Positions 9,981 to 21,227 of a stretch of 64,000 nt of DNA are shown in pieces; positions within the stretch are counted from its first letter, which is position 1; each line of letters begins with the position of its first letter. The notes under the pieces are model-generated. The model worked only from the letters and a program-made list of their open reading frames with translations, had not been told where the DNA came from and ran no database searches. The translations under genes and the position numbers were made by a program. Location of the stretch: the NCBI GenBank assembly GCA_016713525.1, contig JADJOZ010000001.1, forward strand, positions 716,225 to 780,224, read 5' to 3'. This DNA is from Bacteroidota bacterium (GTDB taxonomy: Bacteria > Bacteroidota > Bacteroidia > AKYH767-A > OLB10).

Positions 9981-12677
9981 ATGATCAAATCATTACGTCT
10001 GTTAGCTGCCTTAATTTTACTAAGTCAAGCATCATTTTCCCAATTAGTTCCCTGCATCGGAACGCAGTCCCTGACTGCAACTCCTCCGCCAAATGCGGCT
10101 GGAGCCTATGCTCCCGGAACAGTGGTTACTTATTGCTATTCGGTAACAGATTACGCTCAAAGTGTAGCTGACTGGATAGCAGGGATTCACCCAACATTTG
10201 GGCCGGGCTGGGATTTAACGACACTGATTCCGATTTCCGCATCTCCAAGTTGCGACGGTCAGGGTAATTGGGCATGGTATACTTCATGTACCGGAACAGC
10301 TTCAGGTATTACTTATGGTCCCGGATTCTATTACGATACTCCTGCCGGTGGTCCGGGATTAGATGGAATTCCCGGAAATAATTTCGGTGATAACTGTCAG
10401 GCATTTACCTGGAACTTCTGCTTTCAGGTGACTGTTGCAGCTAATGCACCCCAACTTACCGATCTCACTGTTTGTGTTCAGGCGCTGTCCGATTATCAGG
10501 CCGGTTCATGGGGAAATGATGGTTGTAGTGATGCCTGCGAATCGCTTGAAGCATTCGTTCAGGTTTGTACACTCATCATTCCTTCTGCAGTTATAACCAA
10601 TGCATCATGTGCTAATACCAATGATGGTTCAATTGTGGTAACGCCATCCGGACTACCACCTTATTCTTTCCTTTGGAGCAATGGAGCTACTACAGGTACA
10701 TTAAGTAATGTGCCTCCCGGTATATATACTTTAACAGTAACCGATTCCGCTGATTGCGATAAAGTTGTAACATTCCAGGTTGGTGGTCCGCAACCAATTA
10801 ATCTTAATGCAACAGTAGTGCAGGATGGATGTGTACCTGGTGGTGGTTCTGTAACTCTCGCACCAACAGGTGGAACCGGTGCTTCTTATACTTATCTGTG
10901 GAGTGATGGAACAACATCGAATTCATTGAACAATCTTACCGGTGGAACCTATACAGTTACTGTCACCGATGCTAATTCCTGCACCGAAACACAAACATTT
11001 ACCATAACATCAGTCGCACCAGTATCTGTCACAGCCAGCAGTACGAATTCTACATGTACCGGCAATAACGGATCGGCAACAGCTACTATTTCAGGTGGAA
11101 CAGCTCCATTTGTCTATAACTGGAGTCCTTCAGGAGGATCCGGAGCCACTGCATCAAACCTTGGACCGGGAACTTACACTGTTTTGGTGACCGATTCAAA
11201 TGGTTGCACTTCCACAGCACAGGCTACCGTTTTAGCAATCGGGTCATTTACTTTAACATCATCATTTATTCCTCTGGCATGTGATCCGCAAGGCACCACC
11301 TCGGCCACAGTAACCGTTAACGGAGGAACAGCACCCTATACCTATTCATGGACACCATCGGGAGGTACTTCCGCAACTGCAACCGGGCTCACTTCAGGAA
11401 CCTATGTTGTTTATGTTACTGATGCCAATAGCTGTGTCGATTCCAATACTATTGTTATTCCTGGAGTTATTCCTGTAACATTAAATACCAGTGCAACTTC
11501 GGTTCAGTGTAATGTCCCTAATTCAGGTTCTGTAATTGTAACCGCTACTGGTGGTGTTGCACCCTATACTTACTTATGGTCAGATGGGTCAACATCTGCT
11601 TCGGTGACTGGTTTACCGGGAGGATTATACACAGTCACTGTTACAGATGCAAACGGATGTACTTCTGATGCAACTTCATTAGTGAATGTAATTCCTGATG
11701 TGTTTGTTACTGCCGGAAGCGATCAAACTGTATGTGCCGGTCAGCCTGCTACCATTACTGCAAGCGCAACCGGAGGTACTTCACCTTTTGGCTATACCTG
11801 GAATAATGGCCCAACAATAGATTCTCAAACCGTAAATCCTATTGTAACTACTACTTATACAGTAACAGTGATTGATGCTAATTCCTGTACCGCAACTTCT
11901 TTTGTGACGGTAAATGTGGAGCAATATCCTGTAGTTTCTGTGAGTTCAAATGCATCTATTTGTTATGGTGCGAGCACACAACTTACCGCATCTGGTGGAA
12001 GTACATTCAGCTGGTCTCCTGTTGACGGATTAAGTGATCCTGCCATATCAAATCCTGTAGCTTCTCCATTAACAACTACTCCTTATACTGTGACGGTAAG
12101 CAACGGACTTTGTTCAAGCACAGGTAATGTGATTGTAACTGTTGAGCCTGAAATACAAACTGCATTTTCACCCGATACCACTCAGGGCGAAGCACCACTT
12201 GAAGTAACTTTCACCAATACCACTTCCGGTGCCTCCACATATCTGTGGGATTTTGGTGATGGCAATATCAGCAATGCTGTTTCACCAACAAATACTTATA
12301 CCGAGCAGGGTAGTTATACTGTTACCATGGTTGCAACCAATTCTTTGGGATGTACCGATACTTTGAAATTTACCTACATTGTAGTTAATGAGTATGCTGC
12401 TCTAGTTATTCCCAATGTATTCACACCAAATGGAGATGGTAAAAATGATGAGTTTAGCTTTATAGAGACAGGAATTTCATCTATAAGCGTTAACATCTTC
12501 AACAGATGGGGTAATGAGATTTATTCCTGGAATGAAAAAGCAAAAGGCTGGAATGGAAAATCTAAAGATGGTTCTGAAGCACCCGATGGTGTTTACTTCT
12601 ATGTGATCAAAGCCAGAGGCATTGATGATAAACCTTACAATTATCAGGGTACGGTCCAATTAATCAGAGTTAAATAA
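9981..12677 (+). CDS. T9SS type-B C-terminal domain cargo protein with SprB repeats and a PKD domain
   Basis: Signal peptide. Multiple SprB-type repeats (NASCANTNDGSI...PYSFLWSNG...YT[LV]TVTD..C). PKD-like block YLWDFGDGN. C-terminal gliding-motility CTD FTPNGDGKNDEF...YFYVIKARG...GTVQLIRVK. Confidence 0.8.
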   Translation: MIKSLRLLAALILLSQASFSQLVPCIGTQSLTATPPPNAAGAYAPGTVVTYCYSVTDYAQSVADWIAGIHPTFGPGWDLTTLIPISASPSCDGQGNWAWYTSCTGTASGITYGPGFYYDTPAGGPGLDGIPGNNFGDNCQAFTWNFCFQVTVAANAPQLTDLTVCVQALSDYQAGSWGNDGCSDACESLEAFVQVCTLIIPSAVITNASCANTNDGSIVVTPSGLPPYSFLWSNGATTGTLSNVPPGIYTLTVTDSADCDKVVTFQVGGPQPINLNATVVQDGCVPGGGSVTLAPTGGTGASYTYLWSDGTTSNSLNNLTGGTYTVTVTDANSCTETQTFTITSVAPVSVTASSTNSTCTGNNGSATATISGGTAPFVYNWSPSGGSGATASNLGPGTYTVLVTDSNGCTSTAQATVLAIGSFTLTSSFIPLACDPQGTTSATVTVNGGTAPYTYSWTPSGGTSATATGLTSGTYVVYVTDANSCVDSNTIVIPGVIPVTLNTSATSVQCNVPNSGSVIVTATGGVAPYTYLWSDGSTSASVTGLPGGLYTVTVTDANGCTSDATSLVNVIPDVFVTAGSDQTVCAGQPATITASATGGTSPFGYTWNNGPTIDSQTVNPIVTTTYTVTVIDANSCTATSFVTVNVEQYPVVSVSSNASICYGASTQLTASGGSTFSWSPVDGLSDPAISNPVASPLTTTPYTVTVSNGLCSSTGNVIVTVEPEIQTAFSPDTTQGEAPLEVTFTNTTSGASTYLWDFGDGNISNAVSPTNTYTEQGSYTVTMVATNSLGCTDTLKFTYIVVNEYAALVIPNVFTPNGDGKNDEFSFIETGISSISVNIFNRWGNEIYSWNEKAKGWNGKSKDGSEAPDGVYFYVIKARGIDDKPYNYQGTVQLIRVK

Positions 12678-12714
12678 TACCAACTTCTTTGGCTGATACT
12701 GTCAGTACCGCAAC

Positions 12715-13757
12715 ATGAAAAATATAAGTTTTATCATTCTCATTTTTATTGGTAGCGTAATCAATTCGTTTGCTCAGGGGAACTTAACCATTCCTGATCA
12801 AAGCCAAAAGGCCGGAGTTTCGCAGCGAATAGGTTTAACCGACATTGAAATTCATTATAGTAGTCCGCTGGTGCGTGCCAGAAGCATCTGGGGAGATGTA
12901 GTTCCCTTTGGTGAGGTTTGGCGTGCCGGTGCAAATGAAAATACCACTATCAGCTTTTCTACAGATGTTATAGTTGGTAATATTCAGGTTCCTGCGGGCA
13001 AATATGGACTACATATGATTCCAAGAAAGATAAATGGACCATTATTCTGTCGAAAAATGCCAGTTCCTGGGGTAGCTTTTTTTTATAATAAAGAAGAGGA
13101 TATGGTAAGGTTTGAAGTTGAACCATTGACTCGTGATTTCCAGGAGTGGCTTAGTTACAGGTTTACAGATCCAAAACCCGGAGCCGTAAATGTGACCATG
13201 AATTGGGAAAAAATTGCTATTTCATTTCCAGTCTCCATTAAGATTCAGCAAACAGTTGTTGCAAGCATGCGAAATGAATTACGCGGAGTTGCGGGATTCA
13301 CCTGGCAAGGTCCATGGCAGGCGGCCGATTATTGCATGACTCACAACATTTACCCGGAAGAAGCAATGCAATGGATTGATCAGTCATTGGCTGTTCAGGA
13401 AAATTTCCACAATCTGGAAACGAAATCATTGATCCTTGCTAAGGCCGGAAAACAAACTGAATCGGCGGAACTGCACGCCAAAGCAATTGCTGTTGCCAGT
13501 GAAACACAACTAAATACACATGGGTACAAAATGCTGGGAAATGGCGATTTGAACGGTGCTGTAGAAATATTTAAACTCAATATCAAACGAAATCCTAATT
13601 CCTGGAATGTGTACGACAGTTATGCTGAAGGTTTACTCATGAAGGGTGATAAAAAGGTGCCATCAGCAACTATCAGATAGCATTATCGAAAGCCCCGGAA
13701 GCACAGAAGAATCGAATTACAACACTAATCAATAATATTAAATCGGATATCAAATAG
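12715..13757 (+). CDS. DUF2911 domain plus TPR protein. Three indels: a compensating pair internally and one that truncates the C-terminus.
   Basis: N-terminal DUF2911 pattern (IEIHYSSPLVRAR...GEVWRAGANENT...GKYGLHMIP). The track frame reads RKINGPLFCRKMPVPGVAFF, whereas the +2 frame gives the canonical KDKWTIILSKNASSWGSFF(Y). Frame is restored inside the T8 run at 13077-13084. A further shift near 13642-13649 reveals a typical TPR ending KKGAISNYQIALSKAPEAQKNRITTLINNIKSDIK with the stop at 13755-13757. Confidence 0.6.
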
Positions 13758-13902
13758 CGACACCAGACACACACCAAACATTAAATCGGCAGCATTCCCT
13801 GAACACACCAGGGAAAGCGAAGTGAGCCGGCCTGAATATTGAATTTGCTAAAACACACACACAACCATATGCAATTCATTAACCACACCAAAACCAGGGC
13901 CT

Positions 13903-14767
13903 ATGCGACAGCTAAAGATTACAAAATCTATTACCAACAGGGAGAACGCCTCTCTGGAAAAGTACCTTCAGGAGATCGGACGTGAGGATCTGATCAATGC
14001 CGAAGAAGAAGTAAAGTTAGCACGAAAAATTCGTGCCGGCGATCAGGCTGCACTTGAAAAACTTACCAAGGCGAATTTACGTTTCGTAGTTTCTGTTGCC
14101 AAGCAATACCAAAACCAGGGACTCAGTTTACCCGATCTTATTAATGAAGGGAATTTAGGACTAATCAAAGCGGCAAAACGATTTGATGAAACCCGGGGTT
14201 TTAAATTTATTTCCTATGCTGTTTGGTGGATCCGGCAGTCAATTATGCAGGCACTTGCCGAACAATCCAGAATAGTGAGGTTACCCATTAACCAGCTTGG
14301 ATCGGTCAATAAAATTAAAAAAGCATTTTCTATTCTTGAGCAAAAAGTTCGAACGGGAACCCAGCAACAGTGAACTATCAATCGAGCTGGAAGTACCTGA
14401 AGAAAGTGTTGCCAATACGATGAAAATTTCCGGTAAGCAGGTAAGTGTGGATGCTCCGTTTGTAGCAGGTGAAGAACATAGTTTGCTCGATGTACTGGAA
14501 AATCCTGATTCACCATTAGCCGATAATGTGCTTATGAATGAGTCACTGCGTCAGGAAATTAACCGTTCACTGTCAACTCTCACACAACGTGAAAGTGATG
14601 TGGTGAAGTTATTTTATGGCATCGGCTGCAATCATAGTTTTACACTCGAAGAAATTGGTTCTAAATTCGATCTGACCAAAGAAAGGGTACGACAAATTAA
14701 GGAAAAAGCTATTCGCAGATTGCGACACAATTCGCGAAGCAAACTCTTAAAAACTTATCTGGGATAA
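13903..14767 (+). CDS. rpoD: RNA polymerase primary sigma factor (sigma-70, RpoD/SigA), single-base frameshift
   Basis: Track ORFs 13903-14373 and 14297-14767 are the N- and C-halves of one sigma-70 protein (regions 2-4: [18 protein letters not shown]...; [29 protein letters not shown]). Removing one A from the A5 run at 14342-14346 gives a continuous [14 protein letters not shown]. Confidence 0.85.
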
Positions 14768-17398
14768 TCAGAGCTTCTTTAATCGGATTACTTCTTCTTT
14801 CAATAATTTCACGGATATTTCGCAGGCTTTTTTAAAGTCATCGAAAACTGCCGGAATGCGTTCTGTATGGATCTGATCTCTTGAAAATTCTTCCAGTTCA
14901 GCCACCAGATTATGCAGGATATTGATTTTTAAAAGATTTACCGATGATTTCAGTTTGTGTACTGCCTGAAACGTAGCAGGCCAGTTTTGTTGACGGATAT
15001 GATCTTCCGATTCACCTAAAAGCTGAGGTATCTGCCCAATGAGCATGTGCAACAGACTCATCACATCTTCAGTGCTACCACTGAATAACAAAATTAATTT
15101 TTCAGATGAATTTCGTATATCCTCAACCGTTATACTGCTTTCATTGGGGGCAGGAGCAACTTCGGCAACTTTTGGCTTTCCATTTACCTGCTTCAGAATA
15201 GTAGTCAGTAATTCGTGCGGGCTGTACGGTTTGGTTATATAATCCGACATTCCTAGTGCAAGAGCCTTTTCCTTTTCGTGGTTACTGGCATAAGCAGTAA
15301 GGGCTATGATTGGAATTTGATTAACCGGATGGGGTAGTGTAGTTCTGATGACCTGTGTGAGCTCATATCCGTTCATCACCGGCATTTGAACATCCATCAA
15401 TATCACGTCAAATTTCCCGGCCTGTAAACTTGCCACTGCTTCTGTACCATTATTGGCAATTTCAACCTGAAAGCCCATTTTATTGAGCAGTTTTTGTGCA
15501 AGAAACTGATTGACCTTATTGTCTTCTACCAACAAAATTGTGACATCCGATAAATCGTTTAGAGGGATTTTACTGCCGGCTTTTTTGCCACCGGTAGTTT
15601 TTTCTAATTTCTTCAATAACTTGAATGGCAGCTCCACTTTAAAAACGGATCCGCTTCCTAATGTACTGTTTACGGAAATGGATCCACCCTGCAATTGTAC
15701 CAGTTGCTTAACAATGGTAAGTCCCAGTCCGGTGCCGCCAAATACCCTGTTTTTATCGTAATTAGCCTGAGTAAAACTATCGAAAATAGAATGAATTTTA
15801 TCTGATGAAATACCTATACCGGTGTCGGTTACCTTGAATAAAATTTTAATGGTGAGGTCATGCGATTCCACCAGTTGCATATCGAGAGAAACGGAACCCT
15901 TATCAGTAAATTTCACACTGTTGTTTAACAGGTTCAGCAGAATCTGATTTAAGCGAACCGCATCACCAATAAGTAATTCAGGCAGGTTATCGTCGATAGT
16001 TAGATTAAGCTTGATTTTCTTTTCTTCAGCTTTCACTTTTAATACCTGTACCATTCCTGTCAGTAATTCCTTGATACGGAATTCACTGCTTTCAAAACGG
16101 ATTTCACCGGAATGAATTTTTGAATAATCAAGGATGTCATTGATGATTACAATGAGATTATTCGCTGATAACTTAATGGTATTGATATACTCAAGCTGCT
16201 CAGGAGTAGGGTTGGTATCGGCAAGTAAATTGGCCATTCCCAAAACACCATTCAGCGGTGTGCGAATTTCGTGACTGATATTGGCAATAAACTGATCTTT
16301 AAGTAAAACAGTTTTCTCAGCCAGTTCTTTCTCTTTCAGGGTTTCTTCCAAATCGTAGCGCAACTGAATACCTTTGGTTTTCAGAACCACTTCTTCATTC
16401 ATCAGTTCGCCGGAAAGGGAGTTGAAGTTTTTGTAATGTAATAAGGCATTCCGGTAATCGCCGGCTTTTTCATAAGCATCAGCGAGAAAACGGTGAATTA
16501 AATTTTTAGGATATTTTACCTTTAAAGTCTCAGCAATCTGAAGCGATTCGGTAAGAATAGAAATGGCTTTGGTGTATTCACCGGTTTCAATGTAAAGGTT
16601 ACCCAGACTCTTCAACAGGTCGGCTTTCAGAATAACATTACCGGTGATATTTACATAATCGATTGCCTTGAAAAAATAATCGAGTGATTTATCGTATTCT
16701 TTGAGTTTGGTAAATAGTATGGCCAGACTACCTGTTGGTTTAACCTGAAGTTCCGGATTACTTAATGAATCAGCCTGAGTTAAGCTGCGGTCAAGATATT
16801 CATAGGATTTATCGAGATCATCGGCCCAGTTGTAGCAATTACCGATGTAATAATTGGTAATTGAAACCATAGACTCATTTCCGGATTCAGCAAAAATGCG
16901 AAGTGCCAATTCATGATTTTCGATTGCTTTGTTGTAATCGGTTAAGGCCTTGTAAATTTCTCCAAGTCTGTTATAAATAGATCCTTTTAAAGAAACATTT
17001 TCCGAATGACGGGCAAAATTCAGTGCTTTCAGTTGTGATTCCAGAGCTTCCTGATAATTTCCAATGCGGAAACAAATATCACTGATTGCTTGTTCCGATT
17101 CACAGGCACGCAAAGGTGCTGCGATCCGTTCGTACAAAGCAGTAGCTTCATGAAGGAGTGACAGTGCCTGTCGGGTATTACCTTTTTCATTCTGGATGTT
17201 TCCCAGCTCCAGCAAACATTCTCCTATTCCCGTTGAAAATTGGGCGTTTTTGGCCAGATTGAGTGCTTTTTCAAAAAATTCCTCCGATTGCATGAGGTCA
17301 GCATCCCGCAAAGTGCGAGCAGTCTCAATGAGGTGAGAAATTACTTCTTCCCCATTAATTGCCTCATTTACAGCAATTTTATCATTACTTCCCTGCAT
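14768..17398 (-). CDS. hybrid sensor histidine kinase / response regulator with N-terminal TPR sensor region and C-terminal HPt
   Basis: TPR repeats, HisKA (ANISHEIRTPLNG), HATPase (GTGLGLTIVKQLVQLQGG), a receiver domain (LLVEDNKVNQ...MDVQMP) and an HPt-like tail. Confidence 0.85.
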   Translation of the reverse strand: MQGSNDKIAVNEAINGEEVISHLIETARTLRDADLMQSEEFFEKALNLAKNAQFSTGIGECLLELGNIQNEKGNTRQALSLLHEATALYERIAAPLRACESEQAISDICFRIGNYQEALESQLKALNFARHSENVSLKGSIYNRLGEIYKALTDYNKAIENHELALRIFAESGNESMVSITNYYIGNCYNWADDLDKSYEYLDRSLTQADSLSNPELQVKPTGSLAILFTKLKEYDKSLDYFFKAIDYVNITGNVILKADLLKSLGNLYIETGEYTKAISILTESLQIAETLKVKYPKNLIHRFLADAYEKAGDYRNALLHYKNFNSLSGELMNEEVVLKTKGIQLRYDLEETLKEKELAEKTVLLKDQFIANISHEIRTPLNGVLGMANLLADTNPTPEQLEYINTIKLSANNLIVIINDILDYSKIHSGEIRFESSEFRIKELLTGMVQVLKVKAEEKKIKLNLTIDDNLPELLIGDAVRLNQILLNLLNNSVKFTDKGSVSLDMQLVESHDLTIKILFKVTDTGIGISSDKIHSIFDSFTQANYDKNRVFGGTGLGLTIVKQLVQLQGGSISVNSTLGSGSVFKVELPFKLLKKLEKTTGGKKAGSKIPLNDLSDVTILLVEDNKVNQFLAQKLLNKMGFQVEIANNGTEAVASLQAGKFDVILMDVQMPVMNGYELTQVIRTTLPHPVNQIPIIALTAYASNHEKEKALALGMSDYITKPYSPHELLTTILKQVNGKPKVAEVAPAPNESSITVEDIRNSSEKLILLFSGSTEDVMSLLHMLIGQIPQLLGESEDHIRQQNWPATFQAVHKLKSSVNLLKINILHNLVAELEEFSRDQIHTERIPAVFDDFKKACEISVKLLKEEVIRLKKL

Positions 17399-17581
17399 TT
17401 TTTAATCGTTGGTCTTTGAAAGGATCAAATATACGTCAAATCCCCCTAAGTGGCTAGATTCAGGCTTCTTAATCACTGAAATTAGGTATTCAGTGATTTT
17501 TCTAACTATACGGAAAATGGGTGCGGTTGGATGCATTCGGTGAAAACTATTCCGCATCCACAAAATTAAAATGGGTCCCTT

Positions 17582-19213
17582 TTAACGGATTAGCGCAAAA
17601 TAACCGGCTTTGGTCTCTTTAGATAACCTACCTGTCGACTGAATAGCTTCATAGGTTATCAGATAAGAATAAACACCCTCCGGTGCATCTTTACCTTCAA
17701 ATTGACCATTCCAATTACCATCAAAACCAAGTTTAATGGTACTATGCATTGTCTGGCCCCATCGGTTAAAAATTATGATCTTAAAATTGGTCACATTGGT
17801 ACCCTGTGCATAGTAGGTGTCATTTTTACCATCGGCATTGGGCGTAAAAGCTCCGGGTATAAAAAGTGTTTCGGGGCACGATTCGAGAACAACTAACGAA
17901 TCTGTTTTTGTGCATCCATCAGCATGTGTAACAACAACACTGTAAACTCCCGGATCAATAATCGCGATTTCCTGAGTTATTTCACCTCCCGGATACCAGT
18001 TGTAACTTGCTCCAGGTCCTGCATCTGCAATTACTACATCACCATTATCACCACATACAATAGCATCTGTAAGCACCACCTCGGGATTGGAAAGAACGGA
18101 AAGGTTAAAAGTATCTCGTGCAATGCAACCGCCATTATTTACTGCAACAATGTAAGTGCCACTGTCGCCGACTGCAATTAGAGCCGTTGTTTCTCCGGTC
18201 GACCACAAATAAGTACTTCCCGCAAAGGTAGCATCCAAAGTAAGTATAGTGCCATCACAAACAATACTGTCTGCCGGTAATGCTATCACCGGAGGATTCA
18301 CCACATAAACAGTCACAGGAACTGATGATCCCAGTCCATGCCACAAGTAAGTAGTAGTATCTGTTGGAGCAACTGTGAGTATGTTATTTACAGAAGTCAC
18401 CGTATCAGTTGGTGTTGCTAACAGCGACCAGAATCCCTGTGTATTGGTAATTCCTGTGAGTGCGGTATTTTGTCCCGGACAAATAACAGTATCACCTGTT
18501 ACGGATATCGTTTCTATAATTGGTGAAACAACAATATCATCAACATAGTAATAAGCAGCACTATTCAGAGCTGTGCAGGCAGGGGAAGGATTGATAAAAT
18601 TAAATGCCGTTGTTGCAGCATCCGTACGAAAATTTCCTATGGTAATAAACGCTTCGCCACCTGCAGCAACATAGTAGGATGTTAAGGCAGTCCACGATCC
18701 GGTATCGGCAACTACATTGGTTAATTCAACTTGTGGGGTAACATTTATGTAAGCAGTTCCTGATTGTGAAAGTTGTGATGTTGAAAAAACCACTCCTAAC
18801 CGGTTGGTTGCATATTTTGAATTGGAAGAACGACGAAACCAGGCTTCTGTTTTGTATAATTGTCCCGTAACCATTGGCGATACTAACGGTGCCTGCATAT
18901 ACGTTCGTTGATTGGCACCCGATTTCTTCGTGTAAATTCCGGCATAGGAACTGCCCCCATGTGCAGGAGCCTGGCCTGCAAAATTTACAGGAACACTAAC
19001 ATCATTGCAGCCCGGAGTTGTTCCATTTACATGACAGAAACTGAATAAGTCGGCAGTATCTCCTGTAGCAACCCAGGGTTGTGCAAGTGTAATTTCTTTG
19101 GGACCGGCTGGGCAACCGGAGAGTTGTTCAAACCCTGGATTCGGGCAAAGATTCTGACTTTTTAGATTTGTGGTTAATACCAATACCAGGAGGCAGCAGG
19201 CAATAATTCTCAT
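17582..19213 (-). CDS. T9SS type-B CTD cargo protein (Ig-like repeats)
   Basis: Signal peptide and C-terminal FTPNADGKNDTY...NRWGQ...GVYSY gliding-motility-associated CTD. Confidence 0.75.
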   Translation of the reverse strand: MRIIACCLLVLVLTTNLKSQNLCPNPGFEQLSGCPAGPKEITLAQPWVATGDTADLFSFCHVNGTTPGCNDVSVPVNFAGQAPAHGGSSYAGIYTKKSGANQRTYMQAPLVSPMVTGQLYKTEAWFRRSSNSKYATNRLGVVFSTSQLSQSGTAYINVTPQVELTNVVADTGSWTALTSYYVAAGGEAFITIGNFRTDAATTAFNFINPSPACTALNSAAYYYVDDIVVSPIIETISVTGDTVICPGQNTALTGITNTQGFWSLLATPTDTVTSVNNILTVAPTDTTTYLWHGLGSSVPVTVYVVNPPVIALPADSIVCDGTILTLDATFAGSTYLWSTGETTALIAVGDSGTYIVAVNNGGCIARDTFNLSVLSNPEVVLTDAIVCGDNGDVVIADAGPGASYNWYPGGEITQEIAIIDPGVYSVVVTHADGCTKTDSLVVLESCPETLFIPGAFTPNADGKNDTYYAQGTNVTNFKIIIFNRWGQTMHSTIKLGFDGNWNGQFEGKDAPEGVYSYLITYEAIQSTGRLSKETKAGYFALIR

Positions 19214-21183
19214 TGTTGCGGGGGGACAAGCTGTATGTTGATGACTTCTATTTTTCTTTCACTGGCTGCAGCCGGATGATAAACGGAATTACGTTTATCT
19301 TTCAACTGATCGCTCACACCGGAAGCGACTAATGTTTCACCTGCAGGTACTTCAGTAACTTTTAATTTTCCATCTTTAAGATATGCATTCAGTACACCGT
19401 TGTTGAAGATGTTAAAGAAATTAACCAGCGAGGCAATTCTTCTTCTGGAAAGTAGCTCATTGTATTCACTTTTTGCGAGTGGACTGGTACGTCCCCTTAC
19501 TTCAAGTTCAATGGAATAACCTGCTTCCAGTGCTTTTTGAATTTTTCCTGCAAAAGTATTCAGTCTGTTGTAGGATTTAGTTACTGTGGCAACGAAAAAT
19601 GTATCAATTTCACTCTCTGCATTTGCTTTTGGTGACCCGGTTAATTTACCGGAATATTTTAGTTTGTATTCGGGGATTGCCGCCAGATATTCCTGATATA
19701 ACTTCTCATAATTCTCGGTAGTAGTTGATGCATAACTACGCTTTCCCGGTTGATTGTTTTCGAAGTAAAGTTCTAAAGGCAGAAATTCCTCATAGGTTGC
19801 TCTGTTACCGATTGCAGCAGCTTCTATTGCTTCGGGAGTTGGTTTAATTCCCCCTGTAGGCAGTAAGGTTGAGTCAACAGCGGCTACAACAGGTGTAGTG
19901 TCCTTTTCAGGGATATTGAAGAGGTAAATGTCGTAGCAACAAGTTTTGCTGCCAATAAACATAGATCCTTTACGATTCGAAGACAATGTTCCCGATTTAT
20001 AATCTTTGTTCAGCGTATAATAAACATCATTTACACTGGTGTTTATTCCGGGACCTAAATTTTCAGGAGGGCTAAAATTACTATTGGTAATTACAGCTTT
20101 CATGATATCCATTCCTCCAAGCCCTACATGACCATAACTGCTAAAATACAAGGTTTGATTAGGTGAGTCGAAGAATGGCGTCATTTCATCATCAAAAGTA
20201 TTGACCGGTGGCCCGGGATTTTCAGGAGCGCCGAAAGCAAATGAAGCATCGATTAAACTTGTCCATATATCGAGTTTACCTGAACCTCCGGGTCGGTCGG
20301 ATACGAAATACAATACGTAGCCATCGGCACCACGGGTTCCAATTGCGGGTTGTGTAGCAGTATAACCGGTAAGGTTCACACCACCGGGAATAAGTTCCGG
20401 TTTCGACCATTTTCCATCTGTCATGCGACTGTAGTACAATTCACATTCGAGATTATTTTCACCTTCGGGCAAACAGCGCGAGAAAACGGCAACTTTGAAA
20501 TCGGGGCTGAAAGCAAGATTTCCGTTATGGGATTTAGCATCGTTAAACAAAATATTCATGGGCACCGGAGTGGCGAACTTCGCATTTTTTTTGGATGACT
20601 GCAAAATCCTCGATACATAGTAATCATCGGTTTTCTTGTCTTTCGATTCATACAAAAAACGTAATGATGCAAAATAGAGTGTTGAATCGCCGATTAGTGA
20701 TGCACCGAATTCGGAGTAATTGGTATTCACCGGAGATCCCGCATTGGTAATGGTAATATCAGATTGTTTGGCCGCAAGTTTCATCACTTCAGGCATGGCA
20801 GCAATTTCAAAATTCGCTTTGGTCTGAAAGTAGGAGGAATCGGTTTTTGTAAGTGCAGCATAACGTTCAAACAAACGGGCTGATTCTTCGTACATGCCCA
20901 AATATTTTTTCATTTCCGCAAAGTGAAATACAGCCAGCGGGAACCGATTAGATTGGTCTTCCAACACTGTTTTCCCATACCAGATGGCAGCTCTTTCATA
21001 ATCTTTGTAAAGTCGGCTTGCCTCAGCCATTTTGTACATAATAGTAAGGTCACCAGTTTCAAAAGCCAAAGCATTATTGTAATATTCGATGGCTTCAGCA
21101 AAACGCATATCTTCCATACTTTTATCTCCTGCCTGAAGCCACGCTTTCAAAGTCTGGGCATTCAAATAATTGCTTCCCGACAA
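19210..21183 (-). CDS. PorE-like T9SS-associated OmpA-family protein (TPR, PD40/beta-propeller and OmpA-like peptidoglycan-binding C-terminus)
   Basis: N-terminal TPR, TolB-like PD40 repeats (YFVSDRPGGSGKLDIW; LYFSSYG...GGMDI) and a C-terminal OmpA-like domain (ELEVRGRTSPLAKSEYNELLSRRRIASL). The architecture matches PorE-type proteins. Its start overlaps the upstream cargo stop by 4 nt. Confidence 0.65.
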   Translation of the reverse strand: MSGSNYLNAQTLKAWLQAGDKSMEDMRFAEAIEYYNNALAFETGDLTIMYKMAEASRLYKDYERAAIWYGKTVLEDQSNRFPLAVFHFAEMKKYLGMYEESARLFERYAALTKTDSSYFQTKANFEIAAMPEVMKLAAKQSDITITNAGSPVNTNYSEFGASLIGDSTLYFASLRFLYESKDKKTDDYYVSRILQSSKKNAKFATPVPMNILFNDAKSHNGNLAFSPDFKVAVFSRCLPEGENNLECELYYSRMTDGKWSKPELIPGGVNLTGYTATQPAIGTRGADGYVLYFVSDRPGGSGKLDIWTSLIDASFAFGAPENPGPPVNTFDDEMTPFFDSPNQTLYFSSYGHVGLGGMDIMKAVITNSNFSPPENLGPGINTSVNDVYYTLNKDYKSGTLSSNRKGSMFIGSKTCCYDIYLFNIPEKDTTPVVAAVDSTLLPTGGIKPTPEAIEAAAIGNRATYEEFLPLELYFENNQPGKRSYASTTTENYEKLYQEYLAAIPEYKLKYSGKLTGSPKANAESEIDTFFVATVTKSYNRLNTFAGKIQKALEAGYSIELEVRGRTSPLAKSEYNELLSRRRIASLVNFFNIFNNGVLNAYLKDGKLKVTEVPAGETLVASGVSDQLKDKRNSVYHPAAASERKIEVINIQLVPPQQ

Positions 21184-21227
21184 GGAAAGAAAAATAAAAA
21201 GACAATTATTCTGAGTGCTTTCATAAA